From Dehalococcoidia bacterium (GTDB taxonomy: Bacteria > Chloroflexota > Dehalococcoidia > Bin125), in the NCBI GenBank assembly GCA_963663235.2, contig CAXXNO010000012.1, forward strand, positions 1 through 64,000: DNA of 64,000 nucleotides, written 5' to 3'. Positions 10,351 to 20,700 of this stretch are shown in pieces; position 1 is the first letter of the stretch; each line of letters begins with the position of its first letter. The notes under the pieces were generated by a model. The model did not search any database. It worked only from the letters and a program-made list of their open reading frames with translations, and was not told where the DNA came from. Both the position numbers and the translations under genes were made by a program.

Positions 10351-10782
10351 CTACCCCGCGTCGCCCCCCTGCCCCAACTCCGCGCCCCGCGGAATGAAGT
10401 AGTCAAAGCGCGCCTTCCGGCGCCGGAACTTCCACCCCTCGGCCGTCTTCACGATCTCGTCCTCGTACGACCCCAGCGCCTCGAAGTCGCCCCCCTTGCT
10501 CGTCGTCCCCCGCAGCTCAAAGTAGCAGCGCGCCCTCGCCTCGTGCTCGTCCAGCACCTCGATCATCGGGGTGTGAACCATGTGCCGGATGTAGCGGAAC
10601 GCCTCCCCCACCTCCTTCAGGATGAACGCCCGCAGCGTCTCCCGGCCCTTCTGCTCCCCGCCCCGCACGTCGAACACCCCGTCCTCCGTGAAACAGTCCA
10701 GCCACGCGTCCCACTGCCCCCGATCCACCGTCCAGCAGTAGCGCTCCAGCAGGTTCGCGATCTGATCCCGGTCACTGAGCAT
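10351..10782 (-). CDS. SnoaL/NTF2-like protein
   Basis: DRDQIANLLERYCWTVD...CFTEDG...GSYEDEIVKTAEGWKF. Confidence 0.88.
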   Translation of the reverse strand: MLSDRDQIANLLERYCWTVDRGQWDAWLDCFTEDGVFDVRGGEQKGRETLRAFILKEVGEAFRYIRHMVHTPMIEVLDEHEARARCYFELRGTTSKGGDFEALGSYEDEIVKTAEGWKFRRRKARFDYFIPRGAELGQGGDAG

Positions 10783-10791
10783 TTCCTGCTC

Positions 10792-11580
10792 CTACTCCCT
10801 ACCGCCGAATTTCGGCTTGCGCTTTTCCAAAAACGCGCTCAACCCCTCCACCCGGTCCGGCGACGAAAGATTCGCCAGCCACGCCTCCGCCTCGATCACG
10901 AGCCCCTGGTCCAGCGACGCCCGCAGCCCCTCTTTGATCGCCCGCTTGGACCGCATCACCGCCATCGGCGCGTTGGCCAGGATCGACTTCGCCAGCTCCA
11001 GGCACTCTTCATCCAGCTGCTCGGGCGCGCACACCCGGTTCACCAACCCCATGCTCAGCGCCTCCTCGGCGTTGAGCCGGCGCCCCGTCAGGATCAGGTC
11101 CAGCGCCTGCGACTCCCCGATCACACGCGCCAGCCGCTGCGTCCCGCCCCAGCCGGGCAGCAGCCCCAGCGCAACCTCCGGCTGCCCGAACACCGCCGCC
11201 GTCGACGCCACCCGCAAGTCGCAGGCCAGCGCCAACTCCGTCCCCCCACCCAGCGCGAACCCGCCGATCGCCCCAATCACCACCAGCGCGCTGCGCTCCA
11301 GCGTCCGCATCAGCTCGTGCCCCGCGTAGACGAAGCGCGCGCCCTCCTCCAGCGTCAGCTCCCGCATCCCCGTGATGTCGCCGCCCGCCATCCACGACCT
11401 CGGCAGCGCCGAGCGAATGATCGCCACGCGCGCCCCGCCCGCCGCCTCGATCTCCCCCCAGACGCGCAGCATCGCCTGCACCGTGTCCATGTCGAAGGCG
11501 TTGTTTCGCTCTGGCCGGTCGATCGTCACCGTCACCACTTGCGCCATTGGACGCTCGACGTGAAACCGCGGATCGGGCAT
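10792..11580 (-). CDS. Enoyl-CoA hydratase/isomerase
   Basis: IDRPERNNA, AGGDI, GFALGGGTELALACD, FGQPEVALGLLPGWGGTQRL. Confidence 0.93.
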   Translation of the reverse strand: MPDPRFHVERPMAQVVTVTIDRPERNNAFDMDTVQAMLRVWGEIEAAGGARVAIIRSALPRSWMAGGDITGMRELTLEEGARFVYAGHELMRTLERSALVVIGAIGGFALGGGTELALACDLRVASTAAVFGQPEVALGLLPGWGGTQRLARVIGESQALDLILTGRRLNAEEALSMGLVNRVCAPEQLDEECLELAKSILANAPMAVMRSKRAIKEGLRASLDQGLVIEAEAWLANLSSPDRVEGLSAFLEKRKPKFGGRE

Positions 11581-11718
11581 AGTCGCTCTCCTCAATCTGC
11601 ATCGGGCAACAACCGCCCCGAAACCTATCGCCTCGACCGCAAATACACCAGGCCAATACCGTTAGAATCGGCCCCACGGCCGGCGCCGGTCCGCCGGCCT
11701 TATCGTCGGAGGTGCCAC

Positions 11719-12888
11719 ATGGACTTCGAATTCACCGAAGAACAACGCATGATCCAGGAAGGGGTCCGTGAGACCGTCAAGGAGTTCGGCCTGGAATACT
11801 GGCGCGACAAGGACCGCGCCCACGAGTTTCCCTCCGAACTCTGGAGCACCATCGGCAAGGGCGGCTGGCTGGGGGTCGCCATCCCGGAGGAGTATGGCGG
11901 CGCCGGCAAGGGCTCCATGGAGTTGGGCCTCGTCGTGGAAGAGGCCTGCCGCGCCGGCGGCGGATCCACCCTCTCCCAGATGTTCATGATGACCCCCGTC
12001 TTCGGCGCCGAAACCATCAAACAGCACGGCAGCGAAGCCCAGAAGCGCAAATACCTCCCCCTCATGGCGCGCGGCGAGCTCGATTTCTCCATGGCCCTCA
12101 CCGAGCCCAACGCCGGCAGCAACACCCTCGCCACCGAAACCCGCGCCGTCCGCGAGGGCGACAACTACCGCATCAACGGCCAGAAGGTCTGGACCACCGG
12201 TATCGATGTCGCCCAGCGCTGCCTCGTCGTCACCCGCACCACCTCCCTGGAGGAGGCGCCCAGAAAGAGCTTCGGCCTCTCCCTCTTCCTCGCCGACACC
12301 CAGACCGAGGGGCTCGCCTACCAGCCCATGGAGAAACTGGGCACCCACTGCATCAACTCCTGCCAGGTCTTCTTCGACGACATGCTGGTCCCCGCCGATG
12401 AATTGGTCGGCGAGGAGGGCAAGGGCTGGGGCTATATCCTCGACACCCTCAACACCGAGCGCATCGTCACCGCGGCCGGCTGCCTCGCCACCGCCGACAT
12501 CGCCCTCAACCTCGCGACCGAGTACGCCTCCACTCGCGTCGTCTTCGACCGTCCCATCGGCGCCAACCAGGGCATCCAGTTCCCCTTGGCGGACATCAAG
12601 ATCACCCTGGAGGCCGCCCGCTTGCTCAATCAGAAGGCCGCCTGGCTCTACGATCACGGCCACCCGGCCGGCCCCGAAGCCAACATGGCCAAGTACCTGG
12701 CCGCGGAGGTCGGCTTCAAGGCCTGCGACCAGGCGATCCAGACCTACGGCGGCTACGGCTTCGCCGTCGAGTCCGACCTCGAGCGCCTCTTCCGCGACGT
12801 GCGCCTCTTCCGGCTGGCGCCCGTCGCCCAGGAGATGATCCTCAACTACGTCGGCCAGCACGTCCTCGGCATGCCCCGCTCCTACTGA
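11719..12888 (+). CDS. Acyl-CoA dehydrogenase
   Basis: GGAGG RBS then MDFEFTEEQ; ALTEPNAGS, INGQKVW, FDRPIGANQGIQF, GGYGF. Confidence 0.95.
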   Translation: MDFEFTEEQRMIQEGVRETVKEFGLEYWRDKDRAHEFPSELWSTIGKGGWLGVAIPEEYGGAGKGSMELGLVVEEACRAGGGSTLSQMFMMTPVFGAETIKQHGSEAQKRKYLPLMARGELDFSMALTEPNAGSNTLATETRAVREGDNYRINGQKVWTTGIDVAQRCLVVTRTTSLEEAPRKSFGLSLFLADTQTEGLAYQPMEKLGTHCINSCQVFFDDMLVPADELVGEEGKGWGYILDTLNTERIVTAAGCLATADIALNLATEYASTRVVFDRPIGANQGIQFPLADIKITLEAARLLNQKAAWLYDHGHPAGPEANMAKYLAAEVGFKACDQAIQTYGGYGFAVESDLERLFRDVRLFRLAPVAQEMILNYVGQHVLGMPRSY

Positions 12889-13038
12889 GAGCGCCCTCCA
12901 GGTCACGCGCCGCTTCCGCTACCCCACACCAGCGGCCAAGATGAAACCAGCGGCCGCGTACCGTCGGTCGCGTTCCGTTCGTCCCCAAGCGGTCGATGGA
13001 CGAACGGCGGCGGCTAACCCGCCCCGGAACGGACGCGC

Positions 13039-14319
13039 ATGAACGCCGCCACCCTCCGGCCTTGGCTGCTCGTCATCGGCACGATGGCCCTCGGCGTTCC
13101 CGCCATCGCCATCCGGATCATCTCCCCCGACCTGCCCGTCCTGGGCGAGACGGCGATCTTCGGCCTCGGAATCCTCGCCGCCGCCTTCCTCCTCGGCGGC
13201 GCCGCCGAGGTTGCCCAGCGCGACATCCCCCCCGCGCTCAGCCTCGCCGTCCTCGCCTTCGTCGCCGTCCTGCCGGAATACGCCGTGGACCTGCTCTTCG
13301 CCTGGCGCGCCGGCACCGACCCCGAACAGGCGCAGTTCGCCATCGCCAACATGACCGGCGCCAACCGCCTGCTGATCGGCGTCGGGTGGGCTTTCGTGCT
13401 CTTCCTCTTCGCTTTCAAGACGGGCGGCCTGCGCGCCCTCTTTCGGGGACTCACGGACTGGGCCCCGCAGCGCGGCGGCGGGCGACGGCCCAGCGCCGGC
13501 ACGCTGCTCCATCTCCCACACACCATCAGCTTGGAGATCACGGTCCTGGCCGTCGCGACCCTTTACTCCTTCCTGATCCCGCTCAAGGGCAACATCAGCC
13601 TGATCGATACGGTGGTCCTCGCATCGCTCTTCGGTTTCTACCTCTTCCGGCTCTTCCGCCACCCCCGCGAGGAGCCGGAGATCGGCGGCCCCGCCGCCTT
13701 CATCGCCCGCCTGCCCAAGTGGCGGCGGCGCGCGACGGTCTGCTTCCTCTTCGCCTTCGCCGCCGGCGCCATCGTCGCCTCCGCCGAACCCTTCGCCGAC
13801 GGCCTGATCGAGACCGGCACGGAGTTCGGCGTCGACGAGTTCTTGCTCGTGCAGTGGGTTGCGCCCTTCGCCTCCGAGAGCCCGGAGTTCTTGGCGGCGC
13901 TCTATCTCGTCTGGCGCGGCATGGCCAGCGCCGGGATGGCGGTCTTGATCTCGTCCAAGGTCAATCAGTGGACGCTGCTGATCGCTTCGCTTCCCATCGC
14001 CTTCTCGATCTCCGGCAGCACGTTCAGCGGCCTGCCCATGGACGGCCGCCAGCAGCAGGAGGTCTTCCTCACCGCCGCGCAGTCGCTTTTCGCCGTGCTG
14101 CTCATCCTCGACAAGCGCCTCTCGCCCAAGGCGGCGGTCGTCCTGCTCGGCCTCTTCCTGGGCCAGTTCCTGGTGATCGACAGCACGGTGCGCTGGGGGT
14201 TCTCCTTCGCCTACCTGGCCTTGGCCGCGTTCCTCTTCGCCGGCCGCTTCCGTGACATCCCCGGCGTGGTGCGCGAGGCGTTCACGGGGCCCGCCGAGTC
14301 GGAGACGCATCGCTCCTAG
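13039..14319 (+). CDS. Sodium:calcium antiporter (CaCA family)
   Basis: Alpha repeats AVLPEYAVD/ANMTGANRLL and ASESPEF/ISSKVNQWTLL. Confidence 0.9.
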   Translation: MNAATLRPWLLVIGTMALGVPAIAIRIISPDLPVLGETAIFGLGILAAAFLLGGAAEVAQRDIPPALSLAVLAFVAVLPEYAVDLLFAWRAGTDPEQAQFAIANMTGANRLLIGVGWAFVLFLFAFKTGGLRALFRGLTDWAPQRGGGRRPSAGTLLHLPHTISLEITVLAVATLYSFLIPLKGNISLIDTVVLASLFGFYLFRLFRHPREEPEIGGPAAFIARLPKWRRRATVCFLFAFAAGAIVASAEPFADGLIETGTEFGVDEFLLVQWVAPFASESPEFLAALYLVWRGMASAGMAVLISSKVNQWTLLIASLPIAFSISGSTFSGLPMDGRQQQEVFLTAAQSLFAVLLILDKRLSPKAAVVLLGLFLGQFLVIDSTVRWGFSFAYLALAAFLFAGRFRDIPGVVREAFTGPAESETHRS

Positions 14320-14344
14320 CGCGGAGCGGTCGTACAGTGCGCGC

Positions 14345-15076
14345 GTGCCGAACACCCTCGACGATCCCCTCGGCGGCGGCGTCCTCGTTGTCGGGGGAAG
14401 GCCGGTCCCCTACCGCATCCGTCGCTCACAGCGCGCCCGCCACTCGTCGATCCAGATCCATCCGCGGCGCGGCCTGGAGGTCGTGCTCCCCCCGGCCGAA
14501 CCGCCTGCGCAGGCCGCACATCTGCTCCGCACGCAGGCCCGCTGGCTGGAGCGGCACGCCGGAGAGGTGCATCGAGCCGCGCGCGTTCCGCCGCCGCTGC
14601 AGGCGGGGATGCGCCTGCCCGTGCGCGGGGACTGGCTCACGCTCGTGCTGGCTGCGGCGCGCGCTCCCCGCGTGGAGCGCAACGGCGACGCCCTGGTGCT
14701 CTCGATCCCGGACCAGCACGACACCGACGCCCTCCGGTCCCAACTCGATCGCTGGTACCGCCGGCTGGCGAAGCGAGTCCTCGCCGCCCGCGTCGCCGCC
14801 TTACACCGCTCCGATGACGGCGCGGTGACCCGCATCACCGTGCGCGATCAGGCCACCCTCTGGGCCAGTTGCACCGGCGAGGGCGCCCTCAGCTTCAACT
14901 GGCGTCTGGTGATGGCCCCCCCGCCCGTGCTGGATGCGGTGGTGGCGCATGAGTTGGTCCACCTCCGCCTGCCGGACCATTCCTCACGGTTCTGGCGCGC
15001 CCTCGATACCCGCTTCCCCCGCCACCGCGCCTGCCGGCGCTGGCTGCACCACAACGGGCCGCGCCTCACCCTCTGA
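14345..15076 (+). CDS. YgjP/DUF45 (M48-like) metallohydrolase
   Basis: YRIRRSQRAR, WASC, LSFNWRL, VVAHELVHL, HSSRFW. Confidence 0.88.
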   Translation: MPNTLDDPLGGGVLVVGGRPVPYRIRRSQRARHSSIQIHPRRGLEVVLPPAEPPAQAAHLLRTQARWLERHAGEVHRAARVPPPLQAGMRLPVRGDWLTLVLAAARAPRVERNGDALVLSIPDQHDTDALRSQLDRWYRRLAKRVLAARVAALHRSDDGAVTRITVRDQATLWASCTGEGALSFNWRLVMAPPPVLDAVVAHELVHLRLPDHSSRFWRALDTRFPRHRACRRWLHHNGPRLTL

Positions 15077-17761
15077 CCGTGCTCGCAGCGACGCGGGCGT
15101 TTGGTCCCATACCTGCCCCGCTGCGGTGACGAAGATCCACAGCATCTGCCCCGGCTCCGTCCGCCTCAGGCTGTTCGCCTCCGGCGGCGCATCCACCGAC
15201 CACGCGCGCCACGACTGGCTCGCCGCGTCCCAGGCCCACACGGACCTCACGAACGCCACGATCGAAGCCAGCGCCTGCTCCACCGGCGTCACCTCCCCCC
15301 TCCAGGCCACGTTGTTCCACTCGCGCGCCAGCGGCGTCACACCCGCCGCCCCCGCCGCTCCCACCGGCCGCTCCCACACCACGCCCGCGCTCGTGACGAA
15401 AACCCACAGCGGCGCGCCCGGCTCCAGCTCGGCGAGCGTGTTGGCGATCGCAGGGCCCGTCGGGCTGTAGCTCCGCCACGACTGCGCGGCCGCGTCCCAA
15501 ACCCACACGGACCCGATGGAACCGGCGATCCGCTCGAACGCGGCCGCGACAGGCGTGCTTGCGCCGAGCCAGGCGATGTTGCTCCAGCCCGGCGGCAACG
15601 TCAGCGTCTCCGTCGGCGGCGCCCCGCCCACGTCGAGCGAGACGGTCGCGCTGAGCCCCGTCTCCACCTCCCGGCCCGCCACCACGTCGATGACGGTCGC
15701 CGTGATCTCTACGCGCCCGGCCTCGGCGAACCCCAGAAAGAGAATCGAGGACTCGCCCTGCTCGTCGCTGACGATGTCCAGCTCCTCGCCGCTCGAGATC
15801 TGCCGGAATCGCACCAGCGCACCGGACAACGGATTCCCGTTGATGTCCCGCACCGTCGCCGTGATCGGCATCGCGAAGTCGACCGCAGGCGTGGTGGTCG
15901 GGGCCTCGATCGAGATCTCCTGTGCGGGCGCAAGCTGGGTCGCCGCCAGGGCATCCAGCCGCCCGTACCCGAACACGTTGTCCGGGCCCGGCTCGCCCAG
16001 GTCCACCGCGCTCTCCAGCAGCAGGCTGCGCAGCAGCGCGCGCTCGTTGGCCGGGTCGCCGCCGTCGGCGGACAGCAGCGACGGTCGCGCCTCCAGCAGG
16101 AGCGCGGCCACCGCACCCGCGTGCGGGCTGCTGGCGCTGGTCCCGACGAACGGGCTCGGGAACCCGCCGTTTCCCGTGATCGACACCCCATCGACGGCCA
16201 CGAGCTCCGGCTTGAGCGCCCCGTTCTTGGTGGGGCCGTGGCTGCTGTATGCGGCGATGTCGTCCAGCCCTTCGTCCCCTTGGTCGATCGCGCCGACCGA
16301 GATCACGCCGCCGCCGGCGTCGCTCTGCGCCAGGATGCTGCTCGACGCCGTGTTGAAGTTGAACGCCGTGGCCGCGCCCGGCAGCGGCGGCGTGCCATTC
16401 ATCTGATAGAGCTCCAGTTGGCGCGGCAGCGCGGCGTCCAGGAAGTTCTGCACCACCACGCGGAACAGGCCCGCTGCGCCATCGTTCGTGTAGATCAGCA
16501 TCTCCTGAGGCGTTTGGCCCAAGACGCCGGTCTGGCTGCCGGCGCTGGACGCGACCACGCGGTCGCTGCGGTCCAGGAGGTACAGGTCGTAGTCGTTGCC
16601 GGAGCGGTCCGACGGGTCGTCCCAGAGCAGCAGCAAGTGCGCCGTGTCCCCCCGATCCAGGAACAGCTCGTTGTACGGCAGCGCCCCGCGGCCCAGTGCA
16701 TCGATCGTGCGGTCGCTCGACTCGAACCGCTGCACCGCGCCCCGGAACCGCAGCCCAAACGCCGCGCGGCCATCGGGTCCCGGTTGGTAATCCTCTTGGT
16801 AGTGCCGGTCGGCGAAGTTCCCCACCGCCACGAAGTAGGCCCGGATCGGCCAGTTCGGGTTATTCAGAGCCTCCGCCGTGTTGACCGAGATGTAGCTCTG
16901 CTGGTCGCCCGAGAGCAACCAGGTCAAGTCGTCCAACACCACGTCGTTGCTCCGGGCCAGGAAGTCGACCGCCGCCAGGAAGTCCAGATCGGTTTCCGCG
17001 TTGGCAAAGGAGATCTCCGCATCCGGGGCCAGGTCGTGCACGATCTCGATCATCGCCGTGCCCTCGGCGCCCGCCAGCAGCCCCTGCGCGCCGAAGGCGC
17101 GCTGGCGGCGCAGTTCGGGGGCGTCGCCCGAGGCCTGCGACTGATCCAGCCCGGCAATCCCGTCCGAGATCACGCCCACGCGCACGCCCGCCCCTGTCAC
17201 CCCCAGGAGGTCCCGGACGGCGTCCGCGTTGAGCGCGCCGTCCCCCTCGCTCGTCACCGTGCCGCGATTCACACGCGCGTAGATCGGTGGCCGCAAGGCG
17301 ATCACGCCTGCGAGCTGGGCCAGCGCGCCCAATCGGCGCGGCGGGACCCGGTACTGCGCCAGCCCCAGGTCGGGGCGCTGCCGCTCCACGGCCACGCCCA
17401 GGGCTTGGAGCGCGGCGGGCGCCGGTCCGTCGGCCGCGATGATCGCGGCCACCTGCACCGCCCCGGCCTCGTCGAACCGCAACTGCCGCAGCTCCACCGC
17501 CTGCGCCACCCGCAGCGACTGCGCCGCAACGACCGCCGGCCTGAGCGAGGCGCCGGAGGGCTGCTGCCGCATCGCCTCCACATAGAGATCGGCCAGTGCG
17601 CCCTGGAGCCGCTGCGACACTTCGGGCGTCAGCCCCGACGCCGACCCCTTCGCCGGCAGGGCGCCCACGGTCTCACCTTCCGCGCCGGCCACCGCCACCA
17701 GCGCCACGCCCGCCGCCAGCCCCAGCCCGAGCGCAAGACGCTGCACCCAGCGCCGCTTCAC
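14984..17761 (-). CDS. Secreted S8/S53-like serine peptidase with Big_1 domain and two C-terminal repeat modules
   Basis: Signal peptide; GVISDG, EGTAMIEIVHD, GTSASSPH, FGYGRLDA; Big_1 (ITATVRDINGNPL); two GW(S/N)N.AW.G...W.WDAA.QSW...N.L...PG..LW.FVT modules. Confidence 0.88.
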   Translation of the reverse strand: MKRRWVQRLALGLGLAAGVALVAVAGAEGETVGALPAKGSASGLTPEVSQRLQGALADLYVEAMRQQPSGASLRPAVVAAQSLRVAQAVELRQLRFDEAGAVQVAAIIAADGPAPAALQALGVAVERQRPDLGLAQYRVPPRRLGALAQLAGVIALRPPIYARVNRGTVTSEGDGALNADAVRDLLGVTGAGVRVGVISDGIAGLDQSQASGDAPELRRQRAFGAQGLLAGAEGTAMIEIVHDLAPDAEISFANAETDLDFLAAVDFLARSNDVVLDDLTWLLSGDQQSYISVNTAEALNNPNWPIRAYFVAVGNFADRHYQEDYQPGPDGRAAFGLRFRGAVQRFESSDRTIDALGRGALPYNELFLDRGDTAHLLLLWDDPSDRSGNDYDLYLLDRSDRVVASSAGSQTGVLGQTPQEMLIYTNDGAAGLFRVVVQNFLDAALPRQLELYQMNGTPPLPGAATAFNFNTASSSILAQSDAGGGVISVGAIDQGDEGLDDIAAYSSHGPTKNGALKPELVAVDGVSITGNGGFPSPFVGTSASSPHAGAVAALLLEARPSLLSADGGDPANERALLRSLLLESAVDLGEPGPDNVFGYGRLDALAATQLAPAQEISIEAPTTTPAVDFAMPITATVRDINGNPLSGALVRFRQISSGEELDIVSDEQGESSILFLGFAEAGRVEITATVIDVVAGREVETGLSATVSLDVGGAPPTETLTLPPGWSNIAWLGASTPVAAAFERIAGSIGSVWVWDAAAQSWRSYSPTGPAIANTLAELEPGAPLWVFVTSAGVVWERPVGAAGAAGVTPLAREWNNVAWRGEVTPVEQALASIVAFVRSVWAWDAASQSWRAWSVDAPPEANSLRRTEPGQMLWIFVTAAGQVWDQTPASLRARSEGEARPVVVQPAPAGAVAGEAGIEGAPEP

Positions 17762-17762
17762 G

Positions 17763-20700
17763 CTAGGGAACCTCCCACACGACCGCGCCGTCGCCCGTCA
17801 CGAACAGCCACAGCAACTGCCCGTTCTCCAGCGTCTCCAGGCTGTTCACGAACGCCGGCGCACCCGCGATGTAGCCCAGCCAGCGCTGCGCCTCGCTCTC
17901 ATACGCGAACACCCGGTCCACTCGGTCGGCCACCGACGCGATCGCCGCGCTCACCGCTTGCGGGCCGCCCGCCCACACGTGCAGGTTCCACCCGGGCTCC
18001 AGCGTGACCAACGTTCCCGCCCGATACGCGAACGCGCCCTCCAGCGACGCCGCGCGGCCGTCCCGCTTCACCACGCGCACCGTCACCAAGCCCACCGCGC
18101 CCGGCGGCGCGAGCACGACCAGCTCCGACGTCGACTCCGACAGCACGCCGGCCGCGCTGTCCCCGAAGAAGACCTGCGTGCCCGGCTGCGGCCCGAACCC
18201 CGATCCCCGGATCGTGACCGGGACGCCACCGCTCCGCACGCCCGAAACCGGGCTGACGCCTGTGATCCGCGGCGCCGGCCCGATGTCGAAGTTTGGCCCG
18301 AACTCGGACGTGTTGCCGGCGGCGTTGGTGACCAGCGCGGTGAGAACGGTCGCGCCCGCCAGGGGCGCGACCGCAAAGCTGAACCGCCCCCCCACACTCA
18401 CGGCGCTGCCCAGGTAACGCGCCGCCCCACCCGACCGGGCCGGATCGGACGACGTCGGGGATGCGGCCGCCGGATCGATCACCGCGTAGAGGTCCACGGT
18501 CGATCCACTCGGCGCCGTGCCGCCGACGCGGGCGCCGCCCGGATCTGACGTCGAGACGAATTCCACCAGCGTGATCAGGGGCGTGTTGATCAGGGTGTTC
18601 GGTCCGCTGTCCGCGTCCCCGGGATCGTTGCGCGTCAGCCCGCTCGGCGAGTCGCCCGGCCCCACCAGGTCGATCTCGAGCGCGCCGTTGCTGTGGATCA
18701 GGTTTCCGCGCAGCGTGTTGCTGATCGACGTGCCCCCCTCGATCCGCACTCCGTTGCCGCCGTTATGCGCGATGACATTGCCGCCCGGCAGCGCCGGCCC
18801 CTGCAGGACGGCGACCGCCAGGTCGCGGGGACCCGCCCCCACAACGACTCGAAACGCCCCACCCCTGATCCGCACTCCCACCCCGCCGTTCCCAGCCGCG
18901 CGGCCGTCGCGCTCCACGCCGACGTAGCTGTCCCGCAGCCACACCTCCCGCGTCCCAGGCCCGCTGATCACGACGCCATCGCCGCGGTTCTCCACCACCA
19001 CGATCCCTTCCAACGTGCCGCCGGCGATCCTCGCGCCGCCGCTGCCGGTGCTCACCCGCAGGCCCACGCCGTTGCCCTCCAGCCGCAGCGCCCCGAGGAT
19101 TGAGTTCGCCGCCCCATCGATGTGCAGCCCCGCCCCGCCGAAGTTGCGCAGCGTCAGCCCGTGCACCAGCACGTCATCTCCGCGCACCACGCCGTCCTCC
19201 GCCACGCCGTCCTCCGCCACGCCGTCCCCATCGATCACCACTCCGCGCCCCTCGATGCTCACCGCGGACGCCGTGATCGGCGGCAGCGCCGTGCGCAACC
19301 GGATGGGCGGCAGGCCGTCGGCGAACCGGATGCTCCCGCCCCCCGCCGCCGCGTTGACCGCGACGATCGCCGCGCGCAGCGATCCCGCCCCGGTGTCGGC
19401 GCTGGAGTCCACCACGGCCGTGAACAGCGCCGCCTCCACGGCCGTCAGAGCATCCATACGCCCGTGGCCGTAGACGCTGTCCGGCCCGGGCTCGCCCAGA
19501 TCGATGGCCGATCCCAGCAGCGACGCACGCAGACGTGCTCGCTCGTGCGCGGGATCGCCACCGTCGCCGGCCAGCAGCCTCGGCTGGCCCTCCAGCACCA
19601 GCGCCGCGATCGCCGCCGCATGCGACGCGGCCGCGCTCGTCCCTTCAAAGCGTGGAGTGAACCCACCGTTGCCCGTCACCGTCACGCGATCGACGGCGAC
19701 GATGTCCGGCTTCGCCGCTCCGTTGTTCGTAGGCCCGCGGCTGCTGAACCGCTCGATCGTGTCCAGGCCGGGGTCGGCTTGGTCGATCGCCCCCACGGAG
19801 ATGACCCCGCCGCCGGCGTCGCTCTGCGCCAGCACGCTCCCCGCTCTGGTATTGAAGTTCAGCACCGTGGCGTATCCGGGCAACAGCGAGTTGCTCGTGA
19901 CGTAGATCTCGATCGCCTTCGTCGGCGCGCGGCTCTCCCAGTTCTGCACCACCACGGCGAAGAACCCTTCCGGCCCGTTGTTGGTGAAGTCGATAATCTC
20001 GCGCGGGACCTGACCGCGCTCGCCTTCCTGCGAGCCGCGGCTCGAAGCGACGACACGGTTCCCGGCGGGCCGCGCCAGATCGAGGAGGTAGAGGTCATAG
20101 TCGTTCTTGGTGTCGCTCCACGGGTCGTTCCAGAACAGCGCGATGATCGCCTGCTGCCCGCTGCGGAGAAAGAATTCGTTCCACGAGAGCGGGCCGCGAT
20201 TCAGCGCGTCGGTGGTCTCCTCGCTGGCCCGGAACTGGTGCGTGGTCCCCGCCGCCGGGAGCCCCAGGCCCAGTCCCTCCTCGCCCGGCTCGAACACGCC
20301 CTCGTAGTGGCGCGTGGCGTAGTTCCCCACCGACGTGACCAATGCCCGCACCGGCCAGTCCGGGTTGTTGAGCGCCTTGGCGCTGTTCACCGACACGGCG
20401 CTCCGTTGGTCGCCCGGGTTCAGAAACGACAGATCGTCCACCACGATGTCGTTGCGCTCCGCCAGGTAGTTCACCGCCTCGATCATGTCCAGGTCGGTGA
20501 GCGCGTTGGCGAATGAGATCTGCGCGCCGGGCGCCAGGTCGTGGATCACCTCGATCATCGCCGTGCCCTCGGCGCCCGCGTTGAGCCCGCCCAGAGAGAA
20601 CGATTCCTTCGCAAACAGCACCGGCGCGTCGCCCGACGCCTGCGATGCCGCCAGCCCGCGGATCCCGTTCGAGATCACGCCGATCCGCACCCCCGCGCCC

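Noticed and set aside
15101-18007. Long antisense/alternate-frame ORFs (e.g. 15101..18007, 30649..32610, 43616..45481, 5' part of 10543..12888)
   Set aside because: Shadows of real high-GC genes; Arg/Pro-rich with no motifs.
19186-19230. Short tandem repeats (15-bp GVAED unit; also PDAE at about 31300 and PKTA at about 36970)
   Set aside because: In-frame low-complexity linkers.
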